From Spirochaetota bacterium (GTDB lineage Bacteria > Spirochaetota > UBA4802 > UBA5550), in NCBI GenBank assembly GCA_963664815.2, contig CAXXHB010000003.1, forward strand, positions 608,001 through 672,000: a DNA stretch of 64,000 nucleotides, given 5' to 3'. The notes below the pieces were generated by a model. The model made no database searches, had not been told where the DNA came from, and saw only the letters and a list, made by a program, of their open reading frames with translations. The translations under genes were made by a program, and so were the position numbers. This document shows positions 10,948 through 20,386 of this stretch, piece after piece. How positions within the stretch are numbered: the first letter of the stretch is position 1; every line of letters starts with the position of its first letter.

Positions 10948-11550
10948 TTTATTACTGAAACAAAGCGAAAAATCCGACAAATTTATTAACAGTTTTATCG
11001 TGATGGGGTTGATTTAAAAAACAGCTTCATTCTTTGTTATTTCCCAAAACTTCTTTTATACCTGATCTTTTGAAGCAGTTTCATCCTTGTAGTATAATTA
11101 CCTGAAGAGCATGCGGATTAATTTTTATTTTATTAAGATAGTTTTAAAGGTTCTACACCTTGAAAAAGTATCCGGCGGTATTCGTCTGCTAATTAAAATT
11201 GTTGTACAGGATAAAAATTTTATCCTGTTATTTCTTTGTTTTTAAAATTTCATGTAATCAGTTATACATAGAGAGGGTAGGTTTTAAATGTATATCAGAG
11301 ATGTAAATTATATATTAATTTTGTTAAAACAGCTCTTAAGAGGGCCATAATGCCGGGATTCTGTAAATTCTTTCGATTCTTTGAAATATATTCTGGATCT
11401 TTTTTTAAATCTGGTAATGAATAAATATTGAATAAATAATTTTTTTTCATTATACTGTTTATATTTAATGCTTTGTTCTTATTTGTATTTTTATTGTAAT
11501 ATATACAGTTGAGTGGAGTTATTTTTGGTTATTATAACAGGAGAGTACTT

Positions 11551-13665
11551 ATGGGGGATATGAGTCTTACCGATGTTTTTTTAAACGAGTCAAAAGAGAT
11601 TATAGGAAATCTGGAAACAGATATAGTAACTCTTGAAGAGAACAGAGATGATCAGGATATTATTAATAGAATATTCAGATATTTTCATACACTTAAAGGG
11701 AGTTCCGGAATTGCAGGATTCACAACTATTTATGAATTCACTCATAACCTTGAAAGCCTTTTTGATAAAGTGCGATCAGGAGAAATAAGAGTAAGCAGCG
11801 ACATTATTGACATTCTTCTTGAAAGTATAGACTGGATTAAAAACGAGCTTTTCAATGATGGAAGTATTGAAGATCCCGGTAAAATCCAGGCGGATCTAAC
11901 TGCAAGAATAAATGACTGTATGGGGTTTGAAATTAGAAAGCAGCCAGATGGAGAAGATTTTCTTCGCAATGTTGGAGCATATTCAGGCGTGGGTACCACG
12001 GAAAGATATTTTAAAATCAATGCAAACTTCAGAGAAGATATATTCAGTAAGGGGATTGATCCCGTGATGGTGATGGAAGATCTCGGCAACCTTGGTGAAA
12101 TTGTTAATGCTGTAGTCGACAGAAAAAGAATACCGGATTTTTATAAAATTGATCCGGAAAAATGTTATCAGTCATGGGAAGTGCTTCTAAAAACTAATTA
12201 TGATGAAATGAAGGTCAGGGATGTCTTTTTATTTGTAATGGATGATAACAGGATTGATATTGAAAATGTAACAGATAGTTATGTTGAAGTTAAAGATGCC
12301 AAGTTTCTAACAGAGAAGAAGCTTGGTGAAATTCTTATTGAGAAGGGCGTTATAGACAATACTGACCTTGAAGAAATAGTGGAACTTCAAAGTACTCAGA
12401 ATTCGAAGCTTGGAGATATAATTGTTCAGAAGGGACTTGCTTCAACCAGGCAGGTAGATGAGGCTCTTCAGGAACAGGATAAGATAAAAAAGAAGCTTGA
12501 AATAAGCACTGTACGAGTAGATTCCGCCAAGCTTGATAACCTTATGAATCTGCTCGGAGAGATAGTGATAGGGCAGGCCTCACTCCACCGGGTTGCCGAG
12601 GATATGGATGAGGAAAAATCATTTCAGCTTAAGAACTCTCTTTATGGGCTTGACAGAGTGACAAGGGAATTTCAGGAGCAGATTATGTCAATCAGGATGG
12701 TGCCGATAGGTCCGACCTTTGATCAGTTTAAACGGTTTGTCCGCGATACAGCCCATTCGCTGAACAAAGAAATAAAGCTGAAGGTTGAAGGGGGTGATAC
12801 CGAGCTTGATAAAACAGTTATCGAAAAAATCGGAGATCCTCTTAAACACATGATCAGAAATGCAATTGGTCACGGAATTGAGGTGGAAACAGAAAGAGAA
12901 AAAAAAGGAAAACCATCAGCAGGCACTGTAACTTTAAAGGCATATCATCAGGAAGGAAATGTTTTTATTGATATAATAGATGATGGCAGAGGTATAGATC
13001 TTGTAAAAGTTAAACGTAAAGGGGTTTCTCTTGGACTAATCACAGAGGAGGAAACATCCAAAGAGAAGATCATGTCATTAATATTTAATCCCGGTTTTTC
13101 AACTTCAGAGCAGGTCGGAGATCTCTCCGGGCGCGGAGTTGGAATGGATGTTGTCAAGACAAACGTGGAAGAATTGAGAGGATCCCTTGAGGTGAAGAGT
13201 AAAGAGGGTGAGGGTACTCTTATCAGAATTAAACTTCCTCTTACTCTGGCTATTATTGAGGGTATGCTTACCAAAATAGGTAATTCAATCCTGATAATAC
13301 CGCTGCTTTCAGTAATCGAGACTATCCAGGTCAAAAAAGAGGATTACCGCACAGTGGAAGGAAAAGGGGAGGTTATCCTTGTAAGAGGAGAATATATCTC
13401 CCTGATAAGGCTCAATGTGCTCTTTGGAATTGAAACAGCTATTACAAATCCATGGGAGGCTCTTATTGTTATAGTCGAATCAAATGGTCAAAGGATAGGG
13501 ATAATGATAGATGACCTTATTGGTCAGCAGCAGATAGTAATAAAAAGTCTGGATAATTTTATCACAACCAGCAGATCAATATCTGGCGCGACTATCCTTG
13601 GCGATGGAAGAGTGGCGCTGATAATTGATATACACGGACTTATGGGAGAGATTAAAAATATATAA
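11551..13665 (+). CDS. cheA: Chemotaxis histidine kinase CheA (Hpt, P2-like, MshEN, dimerisation, HATPase, CheW)
   Basis: FRYFHTLKGSSG Hpt; DPLKHMIRNA; SGRGVGMDVV; LPLTLAI; GATILGDG; ATG at 11551 follows AGGAGA (ORF track starts at 11509). Confidence 0.97.
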   Translation: MGDMSLTDVFLNESKEIIGNLETDIVTLEENRDDQDIINRIFRYFHTLKGSSGIAGFTTIYEFTHNLESLFDKVRSGEIRVSSDIIDILLESIDWIKNELFNDGSIEDPGKIQADLTARINDCMGFEIRKQPDGEDFLRNVGAYSGVGTTERYFKINANFREDIFSKGIDPVMVMEDLGNLGEIVNAVVDRKRIPDFYKIDPEKCYQSWEVLLKTNYDEMKVRDVFLFVMDDNRIDIENVTDSYVEVKDAKFLTEKKLGEILIEKGVIDNTDLEEIVELQSTQNSKLGDIIVQKGLASTRQVDEALQEQDKIKKKLEISTVRVDSAKLDNLMNLLGEIVIGQASLHRVAEDMDEEKSFQLKNSLYGLDRVTREFQEQIMSIRMVPIGPTFDQFKRFVRDTAHSLNKEIKLKVEGGDTELDKTVIEKIGDPLKHMIRNAIGHGIEVETEREKKGKPSAGTVTLKAYHQEGNVFIDIIDDGRGIDLVKVKRKGVSLGLITEEETSKEKIMSLIFNPGFSTSEQVGDLSGRGVGMDVVKTNVEELRGSLEVKSKEGEGTLIRIKLPLTLAIIEGMLTKIGNSILIIPLLSVIETIQVKKEDYRTVEGKGEVILVRGEYISLIRLNVLFGIETAITNPWEALIVIVESNGQRIGIMIDDLIGQQQIVIKSLDNFITTSRSISGATILGDGRVALIIDIHGLMGEIKNI

Positions 13666-13679
13666 AAAGGAATGCTAAT

Positions 13680-13928
13680 ATGAAAGTAGATAAAGACGCC
13701 AATGTGAAAAGTATAAACAGCTTCTATTTCTCATTAAGAGAAGAGGTGGAAAATAATACTCATATTGTACTTGATTTCTCAGAATCCGATAGAATAGATT
13801 CTTCTGTTGCTCAGGTTATATTAGCAGCTGAGGAAAAGGTGAGGGAGCTGAATAAAACGATCCGTTTTGTCGGTGTATCACCGGAATTAAAAAAATTATT
13901 AGAATTAGCCGGTATAAAACTACAGTAA
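13680..13928 (+). CDS. STAS domain protein (chemotaxis-associated)
   Basis: IVLDFSESDRIDSSVAQVIL...LLELAGI STAS signature. Confidence 0.88.
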   Translation: MKVDKDANVKSINSFYFSLREEVENNTHIVLDFSESDRIDSSVAQVILAAEEKVRELNKTIRFVGVSPELKKLLELAGIKLQ

Positions 13929-13952
13929 TTATTACAGGGGGGATGCTTAAAA

Positions 13953-14327
13953 ATGAGTAAAGTTATAATGGTTATTGATGATTCGCCAACAATAAGAGTC
14001 AGCGTTGAACTTGCTTTAAAACCGCTTGGTTTGACGATTAAGCAGGCTGAAAACGGCAGGGACGCGCTAGATAAAATCAGTGAAATTAAAAACAGTGGAG
14101 ACGAAGTTGTTCTGTGTTTGAGTGATATTAATATGCCTGTACTCAACGGCATAGAGTTTATTACGGAATTCAGAAAGGTGGATAAATTTACTCCTGTTGT
14201 AGTATTGACCACCGAGGCTGAGAAGGATATAATTCAGAAAGGTAAGGAAGCTGGTGCATCAGGATGGATTATAAAACCTTTTCAGGCGGAAGATTTAATT
14301 AATGTTGTAAAAAGGTTTGTGAAATAA
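13953..14327 (+). CDS. cheY: Chemotaxis response regulator CheY
   Basis: Single REC domain: IDD, DINMP, LTTE, GASGWIIKPF. Confidence 0.93.
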   Translation: MSKVIMVIDDSPTIRVSVELALKPLGLTIKQAENGRDALDKISEIKNSGDEVVLCLSDINMPVLNGIEFITEFRKVDKFTPVVVLTTEAEKDIIQKGKEAGASGWIIKPFQAEDLINVVKRFVK

Positions 14328-14329
14328 TT

Positions 14330-14818
14330 ATGTATGAAAATAATGTTAATAGTATTTCAGAGATGAGCAGAAGCGAAGAGGAGAAACAGTATGTCACTTT
14401 CCTTGTCGGAGATGAAACATATGGAGTTTCAGTTATAAAAGTCCAGTCAATCAATGAGATGGTTGAAATTACACACGTTCCAAAAGCTTTATCATTTATA
14501 AAAGGTGTGATTAACCTCCGTGGAGCGGTGGTTCCTGTAATAGATATGAGAAAAAAGTTTAATCTTCCTTCCAAGGAATATGATTCTTTCACCGTAATAC
14601 TGATTGTTGAGGTCAAAGGAAGACTTATTGGAATGATAGCGGATGCGGTTTCAGATGTTGTCAGCTTCCCGGTTTCCGCTATAAAAACCAATATTAATTT
14701 TTCTGCAAAAGTGGATACCGATTCCATTGAAGGAGTCGGTATGGCAGGGGATTCTCTTATCATACTCCTTGATGTAGATACGTTCCTGAATATTGAGAAT
14801 TTCAAGGAAACATGCTGA
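14330..14818 (+). CDS. cheW: Chemotaxis coupling protein CheW
   Basis: QYVTF, GVINLRGAVVPVIDMR, GMIADAVSDV. Confidence 0.96.
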   Translation: MYENNVNSISEMSRSEEEKQYVTFLVGDETYGVSVIKVQSINEMVEITHVPKALSFIKGVINLRGAVVPVIDMRKKFNLPSKEYDSFTVILIVEVKGRLIGMIADAVSDVVSFPVSAIKTNINFSAKVDTDSIEGVGMAGDSLIILLDVDTFLNIENFKETC

Positions 14819-15402
14819 GGAGCCAGAATAATAGAACCGGTAAAGTTTTATATTTAATCTATCCCGGTGACCATTACGCATCTAACGATGATTGCTATAT
14901 CGGAACAGTTGCGGGTTCGTGTCTTGCGGTATGCCTTTTCGATTACCTGATAAAAGCGGGGGGGATGATCAACTTTGTTGTTCCCGGGGCAGCTGTAACG
15001 GAGGGAATACTGTATGATGATATTTTCAGAATCGGAATACTAAATATGGAATATCTTATGGCAGATATGATAAAACTTGGGTGTGACAGGCATCACATGA
15101 AAGCTAAAATATTCGGTGCAGGCTATACCGATAATACTAATTCGGGGAAAATAACCTCTTCTGAAAATAATATTAAATTTGTAAAAGAATACTTTGCACT
15201 TGAGAAAATTGCAATTGAGAAAATGGATATTGGCGGAAACCTCAGGAGAAAGCTTTATTTTTCGCCAAAGGATGGAACAGTTTACAGGAAGATACTTCAA
15301 AATAACGAGGAATTCTCTGAATTTATTACGCTGGAAAAAGAATATGTAGAAGATGAATTCAGGAACAGAAATAAAGTAGGTAAAATAGTACTTTTTGATT
15401 AG
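14812..15402 (+). CDS. cheD: CheD paralog 1 (catalytic His apparently lost)
   Basis: GSCLAVCL, AKIFGAG, DIGG..RRKLYF; GGMINF in place of GGMNHF. Confidence 0.85.
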   Translation: MLRSQNNRTGKVLYLIYPGDHYASNDDCYIGTVAGSCLAVCLFDYLIKAGGMINFVVPGAAVTEGILYDDIFRIGILNMEYLMADMIKLGCDRHHMKAKIFGAGYTDNTNSGKITSSENNIKFVKEYFALEKIAIEKMDIGGNLRRKLYFSPKDGTVYRKILQNNEEFSEFITLEKEYVEDEFRNRNKVGKIVLFD

Positions 15403-15410
15403 GATGGGCC

Positions 15411-16238
15411 ATGATAAATAATTACAATCTCAGCGATAGCGATTTTAACAAACTCAGGGACATGATCTATAATGAGGCAGGGATTAAACTTGCCGATGTA
15501 AAAAAAATCCTCATGCAGTCCCGATTAATAAAAAGACTGAGAGAGCTGAGGCTTGAGAGTTTTTCAGAGTACTATGATTATCTTGTGGAGAATTATGAAG
15601 ATGAAAAAATAAATTTCATAAACGCAATAACTACTAACAAAACTGATTTTTTCAGAGAGAATGACCATTTTGAGTATATGAAGAAACATATACTCCCGGA
15701 GTTTGAAAAAAAAAGAGAAAAAGAACTGAGAATATGGAGTGCAGGCTGTTCAACAGGTGAGGAACCGTATACAATTGCAATTACATTATTTGATTATTTT
15801 AATGGCAAAATTGCTCCTGATTTTTTATTGCTGGCTACAGACATAGATACCCAGGTTCTGGACAAGGCAAGAGAGGGAAATTATCCTGTCGAACATCTTT
15901 CTGAAGTTGATCCGAGATATTTAAAAACCTATTTTACATACCATCAGACTGAAAGAGGGGGAGTTTACAGTGTAAAAGATCAGCTGAAAGATGTGGTTTA
16001 TTTCAGAAGACTTAATCTTCTCCAGGATGAATATCCAATGAAGAAAAAGTTTGATATTATTTTCTGCCGTAATGTTATAATATATTTTGACAGGGAAACA
16101 CAGAAAAAATTATTCGAAAAATATTACAGTTATCTTAAGGATGATGGTTATTTGCTGATTGGCCATTCGGAAAACATAACAAGTATAACAGATAAATTTA
16201 CATTAGCCGGAAGAACAATATATAGAAAGGTGGTTTGA
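15411..16238 (+). CDS. cheR: Chemotaxis methyltransferase CheR
   Basis: TTNKTDFFRE, IWSAGCSTGEEPY, FDIIFCRNVIIYF, GHSE. Confidence 0.98.
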   Translation: MINNYNLSDSDFNKLRDMIYNEAGIKLADVKKILMQSRLIKRLRELRLESFSEYYDYLVENYEDEKINFINAITTNKTDFFRENDHFEYMKKHILPEFEKKREKELRIWSAGCSTGEEPYTIAITLFDYFNGKIAPDFLLLATDIDTQVLDKAREGNYPVEHLSEVDPRYLKTYFTYHQTERGGVYSVKDQLKDVVYFRRLNLLQDEYPMKKKFDIIFCRNVIIYFDRETQKKLFEKYYSYLKDDGYLLIGHSENITSITDKFTLAGRTIYRKVV

Positions 16239-16244
16239 TATAAG

Positions 16245-16817
16245 GTGCATGTCAATCTAAAACATAAACTCGGGAAAAAACTTAATATAATTTATCCCGG
16301 TGAGTATTATATTTCTGACGAGGATGAATTCATAGGAACACTTCTTGGTTCCTGTGTTTCAGTTTGTCTTCATGATCCTGAGAATAAAATCGGTGGCATG
16401 AATCATTTCATGCTTCCGGGCAGAATAAGCAAAAATGACGTTTTCAGTGATGAAAATGCGAGATACGGGATAGCGGCAATAAATACAATTGTTTCTGAAA
16501 TTTTAAGTAAAGGGGCATCCAGAAAAAACCTCACCGCAAAAATTTTTGGCGGCGGTAATATTCTGAAGCTGGTAAATACAAAAGGTAAATCGAGTATGAT
16601 CCCAACTGATAATATCAGGGTAGCGAAACTTTTTATGGAAATAGAGGATATACCAATTACTGCAATTGATGTTGGAGAGGATTATACAAGAAAAATCATA
16701 TTTTCTATTGAGTCTGGAAGAGTGTATTTAAGGAAAATAAAAGGGAAAGAAGTTAATAATATTGTTTCTGTAAGAGAGGAAAATTTATTCTCTTATAAAA
16801 ATGGAATTGAAATGTAA
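16245..16817 (+). CDS. cheD: Chemoreceptor glutamine deamidase CheD paralog 2 (intact)
   Basis: TLLGSCVSVCL, GGMNHFMLP, AKIFGGG. Confidence 0.95.
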   Translation: MHVNLKHKLGKKLNIIYPGEYYISDEDEFIGTLLGSCVSVCLHDPENKIGGMNHFMLPGRISKNDVFSDENARYGIAAINTIVSEILSKGASRKNLTAKIFGGGNILKLVNTKGKSSMIPTDNIRVAKLFMEIEDIPITAIDVGEDYTRKIIFSIESGRVYLRKIKGKEVNNIVSVREENLFSYKNGIEM

Positions 16818-16996
16818 TTATAGACATCATTTTTAATGTTTCAGGATGTTTGTAAAATAATTCAGTGGTCAGAATATCTGGTCAGCGAGTATGTATTTTC
16901 ATTATGTATGATAGCATTGATGTACTGTTTCAGTATCAGGTGTGACAGCATAACAATGTCAGTATTATAATATAAAAAACTAGAGAAGAAAACTTT

Positions 16997-18073
16997 ATGG
17001 AACAGGGCAAAGTAAAAGTATTGATAATCGATGATTCCGCATTAATGAGGAAATTTCTCACCGATATTTTATCGAGCTCATATCATGTTGAGGTGCTTGC
17101 AACAGCTATTGATGCCAGTATAGCTGCAAAAAAAATAAACACTCTGAATCCTGATGTCATTACGTTAGATATAGAAATGCCGGGAATGGACGGTCTTACC
17201 TTTTTACAGAAACTTATGATTGCCAACCCGGTTCCTGCAATCATGGTGAGTTCACTTACCACAAAGGGTACAACTGCGGCGATAAAGGCTCTCGAGATTG
17301 GTGCGTTTGATGTTATAGGTAAACCTCAGTTTGATGATAATAACAGTGTTGCTGAATTCGGCAGGGATCTTATAGAAAAAGTCATTGCAGCGGGTAATTC
17401 CAAGAAAAATATAAAAAAACGCCCACCTGTAAAACTTGATGTTGAGCAGAAATATTCTGCAGATGTTATACTGTCAAAATCTGAAATTGTAAACAGGAAC
17501 AGGTCAACAGAAAAAGTTATAGCGATCGGCGCTTCAACGGGTGGAACGGAAGTTATAGACCAGATACTCGTAAGCCTCCCAACCGGATGTCCAGGAATTG
17601 TTATTACCCAGCATATGCCGGAAAAATTTACGGAAGCATTTGCCAACAGGGTTAACGGGAAATCTCAGCTTCTGGTAAAAGAAGCAAAACACGGTGACAG
17701 GCTGCTTACAGATATCGCTCTGATAGCACCCGGTGGAAAACATATGCTTCTTAAATCTGATTATAACGGCTACTGGGTTGAAATAAATGATGGACCGCCT
17801 GTTAACAGGCACAGACCTTCTGTTGATGTACTGTTCAGATCTGTCAGTAAATATGCGGCTGATTCAGCAGTGGGAATTATCTGTACCGGTATGGGAAACG
17901 ACGGCGCGACTGGATTACTTGAAATGAAGGATGCAGGGGCTTATACAATTGCACAGAATGAGGAGTCCTGTGTGGTATTTGGAATGCCTAAAGAGGCTAT
18001 AAAGCTTGATGCGGCGAAAATGATTACTGATATAGAGGGGATTATAAATTATATCAAAAAGATGTGCCGTTAA
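16997..18073 (+). CDS. cheB: Chemotaxis methylesterase CheB
   Basis: REC domain plus IGASTGG, QHMP, HRPSVDVLF, TGMGNDGA. Confidence 0.98.
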   Translation: MEQGKVKVLIIDDSALMRKFLTDILSSSYHVEVLATAIDASIAAKKINTLNPDVITLDIEMPGMDGLTFLQKLMIANPVPAIMVSSLTTKGTTAAIKALEIGAFDVIGKPQFDDNNSVAEFGRDLIEKVIAAGNSKKNIKKRPPVKLDVEQKYSADVILSKSEIVNRNRSTEKVIAIGASTGGTEVIDQILVSLPTGCPGIVITQHMPEKFTEAFANRVNGKSQLLVKEAKHGDRLLTDIALIAPGGKHMLLKSDYNGYWVEINDGPPVNRHRPSVDVLFRSVSKYAADSAVGIICTGMGNDGATGLLEMKDAGAYTIAQNEESCVVFGMPKEAIKLDAAKMITDIEGIINYIKKMCR

Positions 18074-18161
18074 AACCATGGCATGCTCAGGAAGGCTCTT
18101 CCTCGACAAGTTATAAACCCATCTTCATCAGTTAATTTCTGGAGAGTCAGTATTTTAAAGC

Positions 18162-18686
18162 TTATTCAGGATATTTGTAAGCATAAATTGTATCATTGGC
18201 AGCAATTGTATAAGTTCCAAAGGTAATAGGAGAATTAAATTTTATTAAATAGCGGGTAACTGAATTACCGTCAAGTTCAGACGTTATTGTTACATTAAGA
18301 TTTCCTGAAGCTGTCGTGTAGGTTGTACCGGCAACTATTGCTTTTATACTATAACTCGCAGTATTTATTGATGCAATGGAATCCGCGTTCCAGTATATTT
18401 TCAGTGAAAATTTTGATGTATTTAAAAGATAATTATCAACAGCAAACCCTGTATAGTTTACGTCATTCAATTCCCCGGTAAATATAATTGCGCCACAGGA
18501 TTTGCTTGAAGAACAATCCGGCAGATTAGTATCCGCAAATGTATAGCTTTTTAAAGCCTGAGTCTTTGCAGTAGTCAGCCCCGGGTCTACGTATCCTGTT
18601 GTAGTATCACTACCTGATGAATCGCTGCATGAAATTATGATTCCTGCTGCCAGGATTATTAATAGTAATAAATAAATTCTTTTCAT
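18162..18686 (-). CDS. Hypothetical lipoprotein
   Basis: MKRIYLLLLIILAAGIIISC lipobox, Ser/Thr-rich linker, beta-rich body (ORF track starts at 18725). Confidence 0.8.
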   Translation of the reverse strand: MKRIYLLLLIILAAGIIISCSDSSGSDTTTGYVDPGLTTAKTQALKSYTFADTNLPDCSSSKSCGAIIFTGELNDVNYTGFAVDNYLLNTSKFSLKIYWNADSIASINTASYSIKAIVAGTTYTTASGNLNVTITSELDGNSVTRYLIKFNSPITFGTYTIAANDTIYAYKYPE

Positions 18687-18917
18687 ATCAGCCCCGGATA
18701 AAATTTGTATGAAAGCTATGATCATTAACTAAAAAGAATAATATGTGTAAAGAAAATAATTCTTTTAAAACACGGTTTTCTGAGTTTGATAGAATATCAA
18801 AATGATACTTTTAAAAAAAAGATCTATTGTATGTCGTAAAAAAGCAAGGTAAACTGATAAATTACATTTTGCGGGGAAAAGTTTTAAATAAAAATTATTC
18901 ATATTTTAAATAATTTT

Positions 18918-20229
18918 CTCGAGTTAGGCGTTTTTTGGACATAGCTACGCCATGAGTTTTAGTTTTTTATAAATGTCCCTCTTGGAGACACCCTTTTTAT
19001 GCATTATAATCACTTGATCAACGTACTCCCGCTTCTTCATTATTTTGAAATACTGTCGAGATTTCCCAAGACTCTGTTCATTGTTAGCAACTCTCAATGA
19101 TTCAAGTAAAGCATACGCAGCAAATACAAGAGCACAGTATTTTTCTATTGCCTTCAGTTTCCTCATCTGGTATTGACTCATACCAAGACGATCTTTACAA
19201 TAAAGATATCCAACTTCAATATCCCAGCGAAAGCTGTAATATTTCAAGATGCCTTCATTATTCAAGTTCATATCCGTACTAAGGATGAACATTCTAGATC
19301 CGTCCTTGACTCTCTTTGATATCAGTATAATTGCATTACCGATACCTTTCAGCCAGACTTCTATCCGTCTGACTTTGAAGGCTTCATCCTTTAATTTTAC
19401 TTTCTCAAAGGATGAGTTTCTTAAGTTTTTCACATAAGCTGACAGCTTATGTTTTTTACCATGCTCTTTGAACTGGAATACTCTATTGCTCTTAAGCGCT
19501 CCTATAAGTTCAAATTCCCGGTCTTTTACAGCTTTTACGACTTTCTCCGATGTGTACCAGCTATCTACTAAACAGTATATCTTATCTCCCGTAAAAGGTT
19601 CAAACTTATCTATCAATTCACATGCTATATCCGGTTTTGTTTTAAATACTTCTCCGGATTTAGTTGCCACTTTCTCATTTAGATAAAACCGGAAATCATA
19701 TGGGAAAGATATATCCCCTGATCTATAATGACTTGTCACCAAACTGTGACCATATACCGTTCTGCCTTTTGAATGAGAATAATGCCACCCGAGACTTTCT
19801 ATCTTCTTCGGTTTTCCCGGCTTCTCTATCACAGTATCATCTATTATTAAAAAGCCTGTCCCGTTTTTCTTCGCGATACATTTTAAAAAATTCCTGTTAA
19901 CTCTTAAAAGATCTTTACAGGTCCAAGCTGTATCTCTTATAAACTTTATATCATTACTAACATCTCTTGTGTCAACCTGAATGGAGTTGAGACTTGAGAT
20001 TGTATGACGACCATCATATTCTATTATCCCTTTCAGCATCTTAGTAAAATGCCTCATTTGCGGTTTTGAAAAAATTTCTTTCGCCGCTGTAAAATACTTG
20101 TCTTCTGTAATCTGTTGTTTATTTTTTTATTCATTAGAGTTTTTAAAATACTATTCATAATGGGGTAAAAAATTAATACTATTTTTTGCCCCATTATCTT
20201 TTTTCTTTTAAAAAAACGCCTAACTCAAG
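18918..20229 (-). mobile_element. Insertion sequence, IS701-like DDE element, 1312 bp
   Basis: 19-bp terminal IRs (18918-18936 CTCGAGTTAGGCGTTTTTT; 20211-20229 AAAAAACGCCTAACTCAAG; 1 mismatch) flanked by the direct repeat TAATTTT (18911-18917 and 20230-20236). Confidence 0.92.
18945..20057 (-). CDS. DDE transposase (IS701/DDE_5-like); true N-terminus probably upstream across an A7 frameshift
   Basis: IIDDTVIEK, LVDSWY, YSFRWDIE..Y..CK..LG catalytic motifs. Confidence 0.9.
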   Translation of the reverse strand: MRHFTKMLKGIIEYDGRHTISSLNSIQVDTRDVSNDIKFIRDTAWTCKDLLRVNRNFLKCIAKKNGTGFLIIDDTVIEKPGKPKKIESLGWHYSHSKGRTVYGHSLVTSHYRSGDISFPYDFRFYLNEKVATKSGEVFKTKPDIACELIDKFEPFTGDKIYCLVDSWYTSEKVVKAVKDREFELIGALKSNRVFQFKEHGKKHKLSAYVKNLRNSSFEKVKLKDEAFKVRRIEVWLKGIGNAIILISKRVKDGSRMFILSTDMNLNNEGILKYYSFRWDIEVGYLYCKDRLGMSQYQMRKLKAIEKYCALVFAAYALLESLRVANNEQSLGKSRQYFKIMKKREYVDQVIIMHKKGVSKRDIYKKLKLMA

Positions 20230-20322
20230 TAATTTTGTATTCATTCACAATAAATTTAAAAAAAAAGTAATAAAAATGATGCAATATTGAAGATAAACTA
20301 TCATCCTAAATATGCTTTTTTC

Positions 20323-20350
20323 TTGACTTACGTTTACTTTCATGTATAAT
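20323..20350 (+). promoter_or_regulatory. Putative sigma70 promoter of the beta-barrel gene
   Basis: TTGACT-N16-TATAAT about 36 nt upstream of the TTG start. Confidence 0.55.
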
Positions 20351-20386
20351 ATACCGTAAAATTGATTTATGCAAAGGGGTACTATC

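Noticed and set aside
10948-11550. Sigma54 promoter or c-di-GMP riboswitch ahead of the che operon
   Set aside because: I could not identify a convincing TGGCAC-N5-TTGC or GEMM motif by eye.
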